Assembly (NCBI GenBank): GCA_002469305.1
Contig: DKEY01000016.1
Span: 72,501 to 136,500, forward strand
Source: Sulfurospirillum sp. UBA6810
Lineage (GTDB): Bacteria > Campylobacterota > Campylobacteria > Campylobacterales > Sulfurospirillaceae
Direction of reading: 5' to 3'
DNA: 64,000 bases
The notes beneath the pieces were generated by a model. The model had not been told where the DNA came from. It did not search any database and saw only the letters and a list, made by a program, of their open reading frames with translations. Below are positions 1 through 9,336 of this stretch, in pieces; the stretch's first letter is position 1, and every line of letters begins with the position of its first letter. The position numbers and the translations under genes are program-made.

Positions 1-422
1 TCATTTTTAGTTGGAACAATAAAGATTATCTTCTCATCCAAAGTTATATTTGCAAGCGTATCAAGTGCTTTTGTAGATGGTCCAACACCTATATCAAAAA
101 CAATAGGATAATCTCTTTCTAAGCTAGCACACTCATTGATAAAGATGTCTTCGAGCTCTTTTTCTGGATTTACCACCAAATGGGTATCCATAATTTGAGA
201 GTTGCCAAAATTTTGTTTGGAATCATTGTTTTCATCAATTTCATAAAGCTTTATTTTTTTAGTTTCATTTGATGGTGTTGCAGATTTATTAATTCTTTCA
301 AAGAGCCAAGGAATTACTACTTGTAAAGAAGTTGTTGTTTTACCAACGCCGCCTTTGGTATTTACTACTATATAAATTGCTTTTAAAGCTTCGGCTAAAG
401 CATTTTTAGTTTTTGCTGGCAT
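1..422 (-). CDS. ParA/Soj-family ATPase, partial (N-terminal ~140 aa; C-terminus runs off the left edge)
   Basis: Open-ended, so absent from the ORF track. Reverse translation from ATG at 422..420 gives MPAKTKNALAEALKAIYIVVNTKGGVGKTTTSLQ. This contains the deviant Walker A KGGxGKT of ParA/MinD ATPases. Promoter-like motif 455..484 lies ~33 nt upstream. Confidence 0.7.
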   Translation of the reverse strand, partial: MPAKTKNALAEALKAIYIVVNTKGGVGKTTTSLQVVIPWLFERINKSATPSNETKKIKLYEIDENNDSKQNFGNSQIMDTHLVVNPEKELEDIFINECASLERDYPIVFDIGVGPSTKALDTLANITLDEKIIFIVPTKN

Positions 423-454
423 ATACTATCCTTTGTGTATTGATAGCATTGATG

Positions 455-484
455 GTAATAAATATATAATTAAATAAAGCTTAA
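455..484 (-). promoter_or_regulatory. conserved promoter/operator-like motif P1
   Basis: Minus-strand reading TTAAGCTTTATTTAATTATATATTTATTAC. 33 nt upstream of the ParA start. Confidence 0.55.
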
Positions 485-547
485 TAATACCTATAGGGAG
501 GGTTCTATTTTAAAGAAGTTTATAACAAAAGCCAACAAATCACTAAG

Positions 548-1093
548 TTATTGGCTTGGCTCGTTTACCTCTGAAAGAATTTTTCTAAACTGATCAATAA
601 TATCTTTTGTATAAGGGTGAATGTCAACTTTTTCTTCAAATGGAATATTCGCAGAAAGGAATGGTTGGTATAAAAAGTCTCTCAGCTTTTCTAAATAGTC
701 AGCTTTATTTCTTTGTATGTAATTTAACCAGATAATATTGTAGTAAGTAACTTTCGGTATTTTATAGCCTACGCTTTTGCAAAGTTTAGTGTGCAGAGTA
801 TCCGACCTCTCTTTTAGAGAAGTCGGAATTTCAAACGGATAATTTTTTCTATCAAGAGAAATATTATTTTTCAATGTTTCTTTGTCAATCGACATAGTAC
901 GTTCAAGTAGAGCAACAAAATCTTCCGATGTAGCTTTTTCGTACTTGTCACAAAATCTTTCTAATTGAATAGATAAGTTTTTATTGATTGTATCAGCTTC
1001 TTTATAATCAATAAACTTATTAAATTTTGTAAAAGTATCTATCGCAAAATGCAATCTATTATCTAAGTACAACGTAATTTTTTTTGTTTTCAT
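548..1093 (-). CDS. hypothetical protein (181 aa)
   Basis: Long ORF packed with same-strand neighbours. N-terminus KKITLYLDNRLHFAID is reminiscent of a ribbon-helix-helix strand, but no family recognised. Confidence 0.5.
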   Translation of the reverse strand: MKTKKITLYLDNRLHFAIDTFTKFNKFIDYKEADTINKNLSIQLERFCDKYEKATSEDFVALLERTMSIDKETLKNNISLDRKNYPFEIPTSLKERSDTLHTKLCKSVGYKIPKVTYYNIIWLNYIQRNKADYLEKLRDFLYQPFLSANIPFEEKVDIHPYTKDIIDQFRKILSEVNEPSQ

Positions 1094-1113
1094 GTACTCT
1101 CTTTTTGTTTTTT

Positions 1114-1578
1114 TTATTGACTAAAACATCCTGTTGCTATTATACCAGTTCCCCACTGATAGCCAGAACCAGTTATAGGTGCAAATCCTGCTACTACTGC
1201 ATCTGAGATATAGGATTTAACAACTTTTTTTGCACAACCCTCTTTGCCGTCTGGAAAAACTCCATCAAGTACCGATAGAGTACTAATATAAGTAGCTACA
1301 CCTAAACCAAGGGCTATAAATACAGCCCCTACTGTTTTTCCTAATCCTCTATCTTTTTGTTGGAATTGCCAAAAATAAAAACCTATTATCAAAACAGCAA
1401 TAGCAATTCCTAAGACCAATGGAATAGCAAATAGTCCATGAACAATACCTTGTCCAAAAACACCAGCTAGAAAACCGCCACCTTTTACAAAACTCTTTAA
1501 TGCATCTTCGTACTGATCTGCGAACAAAGAAGATGTGCTTAGTGCTATTGCTAGCATAATGAAAAATAATTTTCTCAT
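1114..1578 (-). CDS. small secreted/membrane protein (signal peptide plus two hydrophobic segments)
   Basis: MRKLFFIMLAIALSTSSLFA signal-like N-terminus, then Gly-rich hydrophobic stretches. No family recognised. Confidence 0.55.
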   Translation of the reverse strand: MRKLFFIMLAIALSTSSLFADQYEDALKSFVKGGGFLAGVFGQGIVHGLFAIPLVLGIAIAVLIIGFYFWQFQQKDRGLGKTVGAVFIALGLGVATYISTLSVLDGVFPDGKEGCAKKVVKSYISDAVVAGFAPITGSGYQWGTGIIATGCFSQ

Positions 1579-1607
1579 ATTGTACCCTTTTTTATTTAAT
1601 TTTTTAT

Positions 1608-2396
1608 TTACCGAACATTAATCAAGCCTGTTCTAACCCAAAATCCTATTGATTTTTTTGTTATCTCAATTGTTGAAGAGACTTTCCCAACTCCCTCAAT
1701 ATTTGGCGAAGTAGAAAAGAGAAATGTTGACGTTGCCACGCTAAAAGCGGTAACAAGCACTACACCAACAACTAAGGTTAGACCACTATTTACAACTCTT
1801 TTAAGTAGTGCCATGCTACTCATGTCTCCCCCACCCATATTTAAACTAGAAATTATCGCAATTAGGTAACCCCCTATCATAATATAAAAAAATATCAATA
1901 TTGCTGGAATACTCCAAAAAAGAAATTGAGAAGCCATTTCTAAAAACATTAAAGTCGTTTTAGCAATTGCTAATTGATTTGCTTTTACCACTAGATTTGG
2001 TTCAAGCACAGACATCCTTGCCTCCCAAAAAAATTGTATTCTACTAAACATATCAACATTGTAATTCCACTTTACGAGCACGCTCAAAAAAACAAAAATA
2101 ACCACCCCCATTGTAAGCCAAGAGAGGGGCATTAGTAAAAGTTTTAACACATTAGCACCGCTTTCGGGAGAAACGCTTTTTCCAGAGGGGGCTTGTGACT
2201 CAAAATAGTAACCAAGCGTGAACATGAACCCAAATAAAAATAATCCAACTATAAGAATATAAGATAAAACTCCTGCTCCAAATGCACCTAGCAAATCGCT
2301 AATATCAATTTTATCTCCTATTCCAACATTGCCATTTGAGAAGATATTCAAACTATCACTAATATTGGAACTAGAATCAACTGTGGATACTGGCAT
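1608..2396 (-). CDS. polytopic inner-membrane protein (262 aa)
   Basis: Several long hydrophobic segments. 1-nt gap to the upstream gene (2398..3174). Confidence 0.55.
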   Translation of the reverse strand: MPVSTVDSSSNISDSLNIFSNGNVGIGDKIDISDLLGAFGAGVLSYILIVGLFLFGFMFTLGYYFESQAPSGKSVSPESGANVLKLLLMPLSWLTMGVVIFVFLSVLVKWNYNVDMFSRIQFFWEARMSVLEPNLVVKANQLAIAKTTLMFLEMASQFLFWSIPAILIFFYIMIGGYLIAIISSLNMGGGDMSSMALLKRVVNSGLTLVVGVVLVTAFSVATSTFLFSTSPNIEGVGKVSSTIEITKKSIGFWVRTGLINVR

Positions 2397-2397
2397 T

Positions 2398-3174
2398 TTA
2401 TTTCTTTGAGTGGTCTATTTCTGGATGCTGTAATTTAAAGCTTGTAAATTTCAAACCTCTCGGATTGGCCACATTCATCTCTCTTAAGTTAAAATAACCC
2501 TCTGCATTAATTTGGGCATAAACAGTTCCCTCATCAATAACATTGTTTTTGTTCCTTGATGAAGCAAAAATTGGTATTTTAAAAGCTATTTTAAAATTTT
2601 GTCCCTTAGTATCCCATCCTAAAGGGACGATTTTAGACTCTTTTTTATCAACAATATGCACAAGCCTATTTTCATTGATAGCCAACATGAAATAAGTCAT
2701 TATCTGCTCCCAATCTTTAATGGCAGAAGCATAACCCTCTAACTGCTTTTTGGTTGCATTTTCTTTGTTGATTGCTATAAAATTTTTGTAAAAATCTCTA
2801 AAATCGAGTGTAGCTTTAAAAAGCGCATCAGCTGATGGAAAGTAAGCTTTAGTATAGTTATCTGTTAAGTTATAGGTTGATTGTATAAGGTATTTAGAGA
2901 GATAGTTTTGGACGTTTTTTTCTTCGTTATCAACATCAAATACTTCTTGTTCGTATTGTTTGGTTACACCACTATCGGAAATATAAGTAACATAAGAACT
3001 GATCTTTTCTACATAGCCATCTTTCCTGATATCTTTTTCAACCAAAGTATCAATTACAAATGCTAATTTTAAAAAAGCAAGTGCGATTAAAAAAAGAGAG
3101 AACGAATGGTTATATTTTATAAAACGATTAATACTCTCTTTTGCAGTAACTAATAAGTTGTTTTTATTAAGCAC
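2398..3174 (-). CDS. bitopic membrane protein (258 aa), GTG start
   Basis: Single N-terminal hydrophobic segment SFSLFLIALAFLKLAFVI. AGGAG 7 nt upstream of GTG at 3174. Promoter-like motif at 3203..3232. Confidence 0.55.
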   Translation of the reverse strand: MLNKNNLLVTAKESINRFIKYNHSFSLFLIALAFLKLAFVIDTLVEKDIRKDGYVEKISSYVTYISDSGVTKQYEQEVFDVDNEEKNVQNYLSKYLIQSTYNLTDNYTKAYFPSADALFKATLDFRDFYKNFIAINKENATKKQLEGYASAIKDWEQIMTYFMLAINENRLVHIVDKKESKIVPLGWDTKGQNFKIAFKIPIFASSRNKNNVIDEGTVYAQINAEGYFNLREMNVANPRGLKFTSFKLQHPEIDHSKK

Positions 3175-3202
3175 TTAAATCTCCTATATATTTATTCTCA
3201 TA

Positions 3203-3232
3203 TTAATAAATATATAATTAATTATTGCTTAA
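3203..3232 (-). promoter_or_regulatory. conserved promoter/operator-like motif P2
   Basis: TTAAGCAATAATTAATTATATATTTATTAA. 28 nt upstream of GTG 3174. Overlaps the stop of 3229..4026. Confidence 0.55.
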
Positions 3233-4026
3233 TTTTGTTCTTGTGTTGCGCTTTTAGTCTCTGTTTTTGCTGCTATTTCAGTATTAGCAGAGTTGATTAG
3301 ACTGCTTACTTCTTTATTGCACATAGCGTAAGTCTTTTCCATAATTTCCTCTATAGCGGTTGTATCTCCAAAGGCAACTTTTTCCGATAAGCTCGTAACA
3401 AGAGCCTCCGTTCCATTTCTTACATTATCAAGATAATTTTTTGCTCCATCTTCTAATCCAAGCATTTTTCTCTCAGCACCATCTACTTCTTTGCCAAAGG
3501 TTTCATTATCACTCTTATGACCAAAAAATGCAGCTATAGTATCAAGATTATCTACCACTTCTACAAGCTTTTTATTTAAAGCCTCTTTGCGATCTTGTGG
3601 TAAATCTTCTCTTTGTAGTTGTTTCTCTATTTGAGATTTTTGAAGATGCAACTTTGTATAATTGTTATAGTTTGTTAAAGACTCTTTGTGTTTTTTAATA
3701 GAGTCTATGCGCGCTTGATATACATTAACAGTATTAAGCTCTCTATCTTTGATGGCTTGCGCTTTTTGGAGCTCTAAGAAAGCAAGCGCTCCTTGTATAT
3801 CGCCTGCAAGGTTGGCTAAGAATGACATCATAATAGCTTCATCCACTTGGGCATGTTCGCCGATTGAGCCAATTCCTTTTTTTGCATTTCTCAAAGTATC
3901 TTTAAATTTTCCTGTCAACTCAAGCACTTCTTTAGCAGCGGCTTTGAATTTAGCTTGAGCTTCATCTATCTTTTGTCTATATACATTCCCCAAGGATGCT
4001 AAAGTTGTTTTTTGACTATTTGACAT
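3229..4026 (-). CDS. hypothetical coiled-coil protein (265 aa)
   Basis: Long ORF with AAGGAG-type RBS upstream of the ATG at 4026 and heptad-like charged sequence. Promoter-like motif 4051..4080. Confidence 0.55.
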   Translation of the reverse strand: MSNSQKTTLASLGNVYRQKIDEAQAKFKAAAKEVLELTGKFKDTLRNAKKGIGSIGEHAQVDEAIMMSFLANLAGDIQGALAFLELQKAQAIKDRELNTVNVYQARIDSIKKHKESLTNYNNYTKLHLQKSQIEKQLQREDLPQDRKEALNKKLVEVVDNLDTIAAFFGHKSDNETFGKEVDGAERKMLGLEDGAKNYLDNVRNGTEALVTSLSEKVAFGDTTAIEEIMEKTYAMCNKEVSSLINSANTEIAAKTETKSATQEQN

Positions 4027-4050
4027 AGTTAACTCCTTTTTATTAAAAAT

Positions 4051-4080
4051 ATAATAAATTTATAATAAAAATTTACTTAA
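4051..4080 (-). promoter_or_regulatory. conserved promoter/operator-like motif P3 (more divergent)
   Basis: TTAAGTAAATTTTTATTATAAATTTATTAT. 24 nt upstream of ATG 4026. Overlaps the mobC stop. Confidence 0.45.
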
Positions 4081-4417
4081 GCAAATTTGAAAGTTGGATA
4101 TTTATATACATTAATTCTTCAGCAACTTCTTTAGCAGTTTTTTCTGTAACCTTACCTGTAGTAAAAGCTTTATTAACAGCATAGGCAACTTGGTTTAAAT
4201 TGTTACCAATTCTAGCAAGATGATAAGTTTCATTTTGGATATTTGAAGAAATTCTTTTTTGTGCTGGTGTAGGCTTTTTTGTAAAAGAGCTAAGGGCTTT
4301 TAGAGTATAAGCAGATAAGGAACCAAAGCCCATTTTTTTTCTTGCCTCTTCCAACTCTTGTTTATGAGCCGAAGTTACCCTAATTCTTATTACCGTATCT
4401 TTGGAAATTTCTTTCAC
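4073..4417 (-). CDS. mobC: MobC-family relaxosome accessory protein
   Basis: N-terminal RHH-like IRIRVTSAHKQELEEARKK. C-terminal HLARIGNNLNQVAYAVNKAF matches the MobC/BmgB signature (riGnNLNQiA..lN). Confidence 0.7.
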   Translation of the reverse strand: MKEISKDTVIRIRVTSAHKQELEEARKKMGFGSLSAYTLKALSSFTKKPTPAQKRISSNIQNETYHLARIGNNLNQVAYAVNKAFTTGKVTEKTAKEVAEELMYINIQLSNLLK

Positions 4418-4665
4418 GGTCTATGCACTCTTCTAACAAGAAAATTATAAACCAAGACTTCAATCGCAATATAGCAAAGATAAAAAGAATATGGTTCAAA
4501 AACTTCCATTACTATATCCACAAGAAATGATATAGCATATGCTATTAAAAACTTTAATATAAATCCCCACCACGGATAAAAGATGGTTGTCCATATGGGA
4601 GTTTTATATATTTGACCATCAAGTAACTCTTTGTCGCTAACATTTAATTCTTTATAAAATAACAA
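4414..4665 (-). CDS. small membrane protein (83 aa)
   Basis: Two hydrophobic segments. 4-nt overlap with mobC-like gene and 14-nt overlap with the upstream gene. Confidence 0.4.
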   Translation of the reverse strand: MLFYKELNVSDKELLDGQIYKTPIWTTIFYPWWGFILKFLIAYAISFLVDIVMEVFEPYSFYLCYIAIEVLVYNFLVRRVHRP

Positions 4666-5308
4666 GTTTTAGCCTTAAAAGAAAAAATAGTGCAATAACT
4701 ATAAAAAGAACACCTATAATTATCAAAGAGCTCTCTTTTTTAGAAAGATTTTTATCGCGATTTTCAACAAATAAAATATTTATCTGTGGGAGCCTATACA
4801 TGCCTTTCCATGTTTTATTTTTGATATCAAAATATAATTTATAGATAAAGTGTATTGACAAAGTCATAGGAAAACAAAAAACACATATTTTTGCGAAGTC
4901 ATTGAATGTATCAAAATTTACACCATACTTCATATACAAAAGCGCTAAAGACATAAACAATACAAAAATGCCAGAGAAAGTCCATAAAATTTTTAAAAGA
5001 GTAGTTGAAGCGATTTGCTTTTGGAAAGCAGTTGCAATTAAAAAAGATGCAAAAATTACATAGGATGCTCTCATATTGTTTGTAATCGTTGGAAAAAGCG
5101 TTAAAACGAATGCAAGAGCAAGCAAGTATCTTATAAGAAAAGCACTTAAAGAACCAATCTTAATTGCATCTCCTTTATAGATGTTGCTTTCAAAAAACCT
5201 AGTGCCGTTTGCCAATACTCCTAGTTCAACACTTTTTTCTTTTTGCTGGTAAGGCATAAACCAAAATATAGAGTTGAAGTATGCGCTAAAGAAAATGCTT
5301 TTTTTCAT
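4652..5308 (-). CDS. polytopic membrane protein (218 aa)
   Basis: Multiple hydrophobic segments. Promoter-like motif 5373..5402 upstream. Confidence 0.5.
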   Translation of the reverse strand: MKKSIFFSAYFNSIFWFMPYQQKEKSVELGVLANGTRFFESNIYKGDAIKIGSLSAFLIRYLLALAFVLTLFPTITNNMRASYVIFASFLIATAFQKQIASTTLLKILWTFSGIFVLFMSLALLYMKYGVNFDTFNDFAKICVFCFPMTLSIHFIYKLYFDIKNKTWKGMYRLPQINILFVENRDKNLSKKESSLIIIGVLFIVIALFFLLRLKLVIL

Positions 5309-5372
5309 ATATAATATCCATTTGACTATGGGTTTTTATGGCCAAATATTCTATATTAGCCTTTATTGGATA

Positions 5373-5402
5373 TTAATAAATATATAATTAATTATAGCTT
5401 AA
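5373..5402 (-). promoter_or_regulatory. conserved promoter/operator-like motif P4
   Basis: TTAAGCTATAATTAATTATATATTTATTAA. 64 nt upstream of ATG 5308. Confidence 0.55.
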
Positions 5403-5679
5403 CAAAAAACTTGGTATCTACAGATAAATACTATAAAGAGTTATTTAGATAAACACGCTTTTTTAAAATAAACGATATATTTATTTCATCTTATAAATTA
5501 TGTTCTGTATCATACATTTTAGATTCAGCATTTTTCTAAAGAATTGTTTTTACCAAATATCGCTTATTCTTCAAAAGTTGAAAAAATATTTAGTGGCTAT
5601 TCAGTTCTAAAAGTTTGTTGCAATGTAAAATATGAAATAATAATGATTAAATATCACTTATAAGATTAAGGAGTACCTA

Positions 5680-6813
5680 TTGGTTCAGAGCGAGATTGCT
5701 AATATACTAGAGTATTGGAAATTATGTGAGATAAGTGATTTTGATAGATTTACATTAAAAGACATGAAACTTCTTAGTGAATTTGAACCTATAAAATATA
5801 GAAAAGAGGATAACCTTAACTTTTTAAAATCTTCTAAAGTATTAATACATAGGGTTTACTATGGTTTAATAAAAACTGAATTACTAATTGAACACGTATA
5901 TAAATATCTGAAAGAAAAAGATAAATTAATTAATTTTGATGACAGCTCTCTTATGAAAGATTTAGAGAGAATAAAGACACAAGAATATACATATTTAGCA
6001 TATTTTTTTGTTAATCATGCTTTAAAACCACAATCAATCAACAGTACTACAGTTGTTATAAATCCTATTTTTTATATATTAAAATATATTAACGAAAAAG
6101 AAAAACTAAACAACAATGCTTATAAAAACTATATTGCAGATCAATCCAATGCTTACGGCTCTTATTATAAAGTTAATGGTAAAAATGAGTGGGTTGGTAT
6201 GCCATTAGTTGTTCATAGAAGATGTATAGAGCCTATGTTCTCTATATCAAATGCTATTTCATATAATAATAAAATGGTCCTTATGACACCTAACTTAAAA
6301 GCAGATGACAAAATACATAATTTACCAGCGAGTTGCTGGATTGATATAAAATCATCAATGTCAGATTTTGAAAATAGTAGTAATTCTTCTATAAAAGAAA
6401 GGAAATCTTTTGAAATATTTTTTAAAAAATACAAAAAATATTTAGAAAAAAATTTCTACGTTATTTCTCCATTTAAAAGTATATATAAAATCATGGAGAA
6501 AGAAGATTACTATGAAAACAATGAAGAAGACTATATAGGTACCGTACATACTTTTCAAGGCAAAGAAGCTGAAGTAGTATTTTTTATGTTAGGAGGAAAT
6601 GTGCAAAGACCTGGTTCAAAGGGATGGGTTTCTTCTAAAGCTAATATTTTAAATGTTGCAAATACCAGGGCTAAAAAGAGATTTTATATTATTGGTGATT
6701 ATGACTTATGGAAAACACATCAATATTTCAATACGGTTACTAAGATTTTAAATAGGAAAAGTATTAGTGAATTAGTTGAAATCGAGCTTCATGATAACTC
6801 TTTTACTATTTAA
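5680..6813 (+). CDS. SF1 helicase C-terminal (AAA_12-like) domain protein lacking an ATP-binding N-domain; possible gene remnant
   Basis: HRRCIEPMFSISNAISYNNKM, GTVHTFQGKEAEVVFF and NVANTRAKKRFYIIGD match SF1 (UvrD/Dna2-like) motifs IV-VI. No Walker A in the 377 aa. TTG start with AAGGAG 7 nt upstream. Confidence 0.6.
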   Translation: MVQSEIANILEYWKLCEISDFDRFTLKDMKLLSEFEPIKYRKEDNLNFLKSSKVLIHRVYYGLIKTELLIEHVYKYLKEKDKLINFDDSSLMKDLERIKTQEYTYLAYFFVNHALKPQSINSTTVVINPIFYILKYINEKEKLNNNAYKNYIADQSNAYGSYYKVNGKNEWVGMPLVVHRRCIEPMFSISNAISYNNKMVLMTPNLKADDKIHNLPASCWIDIKSSMSDFENSSNSSIKERKSFEIFFKKYKKYLEKNFYVISPFKSIYKIMEKEDYYENNEEDYIGTVHTFQGKEAEVVFFMLGGNVQRPGSKGWVSSKANILNVANTRAKKRFYIIGDYDLWKTHQYFNTVTKILNRKSISELVEIELHDNSFTI

Positions 6814-9325
6814 ACTCCCATTCCAAATTACCTTTGGAATCATTACCTAACCAAGCAATCACTTTAAAGGTTTCATCTGACTCTTTTTTCTTCCTAGTTA
6901 GAGTAATCTCATCCCCATTAAAAAGCTTCTGGGCTTGTTCTTTTGTAAGAGCTTTCCCAAAAAAGTTTTTAAAGCAGAAGTTACCGCCTAGTCTAAAAGT
7001 CTTTTCTGTTTCTATAAGTTCATTACTGTTTTGTGGAGTTGAGTAATTTTCTGAATAGTCAATTTTTGTAAAGAAATCGTTTGTTAAATCAAGAGATATT
7101 TTATTTCCATTTGGAGCTTCTAAAGTTTCTCCTTTTAACAATAGTTCAATTTGGGGCACGGATAATGTTGCTTGTAACAGTTTTTGTACTTTTATAATCG
7201 AGAATTTGCAACCTGATTGTTTATTGTCTTTAAATTTGTTTTTTTCACAGCGAAATACCTTAGTTGCTTCTATTATTTTTGACCTACATAAGGGGCATAC
7301 AAGCTCAGTCTCTTTTTTAATCTGCTTAACAGGCTTATTAAATCCTTTTTTGCGATAATAGTTAAAGATTGATGGAATCATTTTATGCATGGTGCTATTA
7401 TCAACCGCTTTTATAAAGTTTTCGTAAGAGTATTCCCCTCTTCTTATCTCCTCAAACTTCATTTCCCACATAGCAGTTGTTGTTACAGATTTTAAAGAAG
7501 TCGGTGTTGCTGCATTTACTTCATAACCTAATGGGAGCACTTCGATTACTGTACTACTCGAAACTTTCCAATATCCTCTTTTTGTTAAAATGGCTATAAA
7601 ATTCTCTCTAGTTCTATCTGTACCTATACCATTTGCACCATCAATGGTTTTTTTTAACTTTTTTAAATAAGCTTTTTTTTGCGGTTCTACTTCTTCGGAT
7701 ATCAAAGCATCAAAATACTTTTGAATATTTAACATTGCACTTAAAATTGAGCCCTCAGTGTGTTTTCTTGGTTTTTTTGTTTTTCCCTCTTTGATTTCAA
7801 TACCAATAAGAGAACAGATGTCCCCATCTTTCAATGGTAAATAACACGAAGAGTCGCTTATCTCTTCTTGCATAAAGACTCTCCAACCTTGTTTAATCGG
7901 CTTTTTAAAGCTTGCATCAAACATATGCCCAGCAACATTAACCACTATTGAAGTACTCTCGAACAAATCATCTTCTAAAAAACTTACCAATATTCTTTTT
8001 GCAATTAGTTCATAAGCTTCTTTTACAAAAGGCAATTTACCGCCTTTTTTAGTTGTGGCTTCTTTCCAGTTTTCTATATCTTTTGAAGTAGGAACTTTAG
8101 AGGTTAAATGTAGAGGTGGATGGTTTTGTTTTTGAGCTTTTTTATCATCAAACAAAGGCGCTTCAATGCTAAACTCTGCTTCAACATTAAAATAAGCCTT
8201 TGCGCTTTGCAATGCTGTCTCAACCTCTGCACTATCACATAATTCAAAATAGACACCATTGGTACCCTCATAGGTAGTAAAACCCTCTGCTCTTAAATAA
8301 GATAGAAGTTCATTACATTTTTTATATGTGATTTTATATTCTTTCATCATTTCTTCTGCAAAATCACTTCCACTAAGAGGAAGAGGTCTTGATTTAGTTG
8401 AGGATTTTTGAGTAACTAAAGACTCTACTTTACCACTATTATTAACAATTCTCATGCTCTCAATAACGGCTTGTGCTTCTGATGATGTAAAATACTCTCT
8501 TCTTTTTATTTGTTTGTTCTCTTCATCTAATGCATAATAAAAATGAGAGAGCGTAAGTTCTCCTAATTTGGCATTAATAGAATAAAACTTCTTAGGTCCA
8601 TTTGTTTCAAAATCTTGTATTTCTCTTTCTCTTTGTATAGCAAGTTCCAATACAACAGATTGCACACGTCCAGCAGATAACAGTTTTCCACCACCACCGA
8701 AATCAGTTAATGCTTTAGTGTTTTTAACCCCAACTAAATAATCGCCCTCACTTCTTGATTTTTGAGAGAACCAAAGATTTATATACTCTTGAGCATCATA
8801 GTCTTTTAGCTCATTCATGGCTTTGGTAACGCCCTCTTTGCTAGAAAAACTTCCCCTACTCCAAAACCTTAACTTTTTTATATGTTGCTTGTCTTTTGGA
8901 AGGGCGTAATTAAGAATGTCTCTAACGATAGCTTCACCCTCTGCATCTGCATCACCAGCGTGGATAATTAAATCGTAATCATCTCGTTTGAGAACTTTAC
9001 ATATAGTATTTAAACATCTTTTTTTATTTGGATTTTCATCTGGCGTGTTACACATATAGCTACAAAGTTCTTTTAACATGTAGTCTTGAGGATTTTTTAA
9101 AAGGTTGAAAGGTTTCCACTCTTTTTTAAACTCATCTGGCTTTTTAGAACGAAACAGATGCCCTGCTCCAAAAACAAGAATGTATTTCTCTCCCTCTAAA
9201 AAGCATTTTCTATTTGCTTCATTTTCTAGCGTAGTTTTATTATTGCGTTTAAATACGTTATCATCGAGACAAGAGGCCATGCCAACCATTGCCTCTTTTT
9301 TCTCTCCAATAATTACTGTTTTCAT
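6806..9325 (-). CDS. type IA DNA topoisomerase (plasmid Topo III-like) with C-terminal zinc ribbon
   Basis: Toprim motifs VIIGEKKEA and GDADAEGEAIVRDI. Type IA signature SAGRVQSVVLE. C-terminal CPLCRSK...FRCEK...SGCKF cysteine cluster. Confidence 0.85.
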   Translation of the reverse strand: MKTVIIGEKKEAMVGMASCLDDNVFKRNNKTTLENEANRKCFLEGEKYILVFGAGHLFRSKKPDEFKKEWKPFNLLKNPQDYMLKELCSYMCNTPDENPNKKRCLNTICKVLKRDDYDLIIHAGDADAEGEAIVRDILNYALPKDKQHIKKLRFWSRGSFSSKEGVTKAMNELKDYDAQEYINLWFSQKSRSEGDYLVGVKNTKALTDFGGGGKLLSAGRVQSVVLELAIQREREIQDFETNGPKKFYSINAKLGELTLSHFYYALDEENKQIKRREYFTSSEAQAVIESMRIVNNSGKVESLVTQKSSTKSRPLPLSGSDFAEEMMKEYKITYKKCNELLSYLRAEGFTTYEGTNGVYFELCDSAEVETALQSAKAYFNVEAEFSIEAPLFDDKKAQKQNHPPLHLTSKVPTSKDIENWKEATTKKGGKLPFVKEAYELIAKRILVSFLEDDLFESTSIVVNVAGHMFDASFKKPIKQGWRVFMQEEISDSSCYLPLKDGDICSLIGIEIKEGKTKKPRKHTEGSILSAMLNIQKYFDALISEEVEPQKKAYLKKLKKTIDGANGIGTDRTRENFIAILTKRGYWKVSSSTVIEVLPLGYEVNAATPTSLKSVTTTAMWEMKFEEIRRGEYSYENFIKAVDNSTMHKMIPSIFNYYRKKGFNKPVKQIKKETELVCPLCRSKIIEATKVFRCEKNKFKDNKQSGCKFSIIKVQKLLQATLSVPQIELLLKGETLEAPNGNKISLDLTNDFFTKIDYSENYSTPQNSNELIETEKTFRLGGNFCFKNFFGKALTKEQAQKLFNGDEITLTRKKKESDETFKVIAWLGNDSKGNLEWEFK

Positions 9326-9336
9326 GTTTATTGAAT

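Noticed and set aside
489-503. CCTATAGGGAGG near 489 and a similar CGTATAGGGAGG near 25568 as a shared regulatory box
   Set aside because: There are only two short, partial matches with no consistent position relative to genes. The evidence is too weak to call.
1114-3174. VirB2 / VirB6 / VirB8-like type IV secretion components, suggested by a small two-TM protein, a polytopic protein and a bitopic protein in a row
   Set aside because: Only membrane topology suggests this. I recognise no family motif, and no VirB4, VirB9, VirB10 or VirB11 partners are present in the window.
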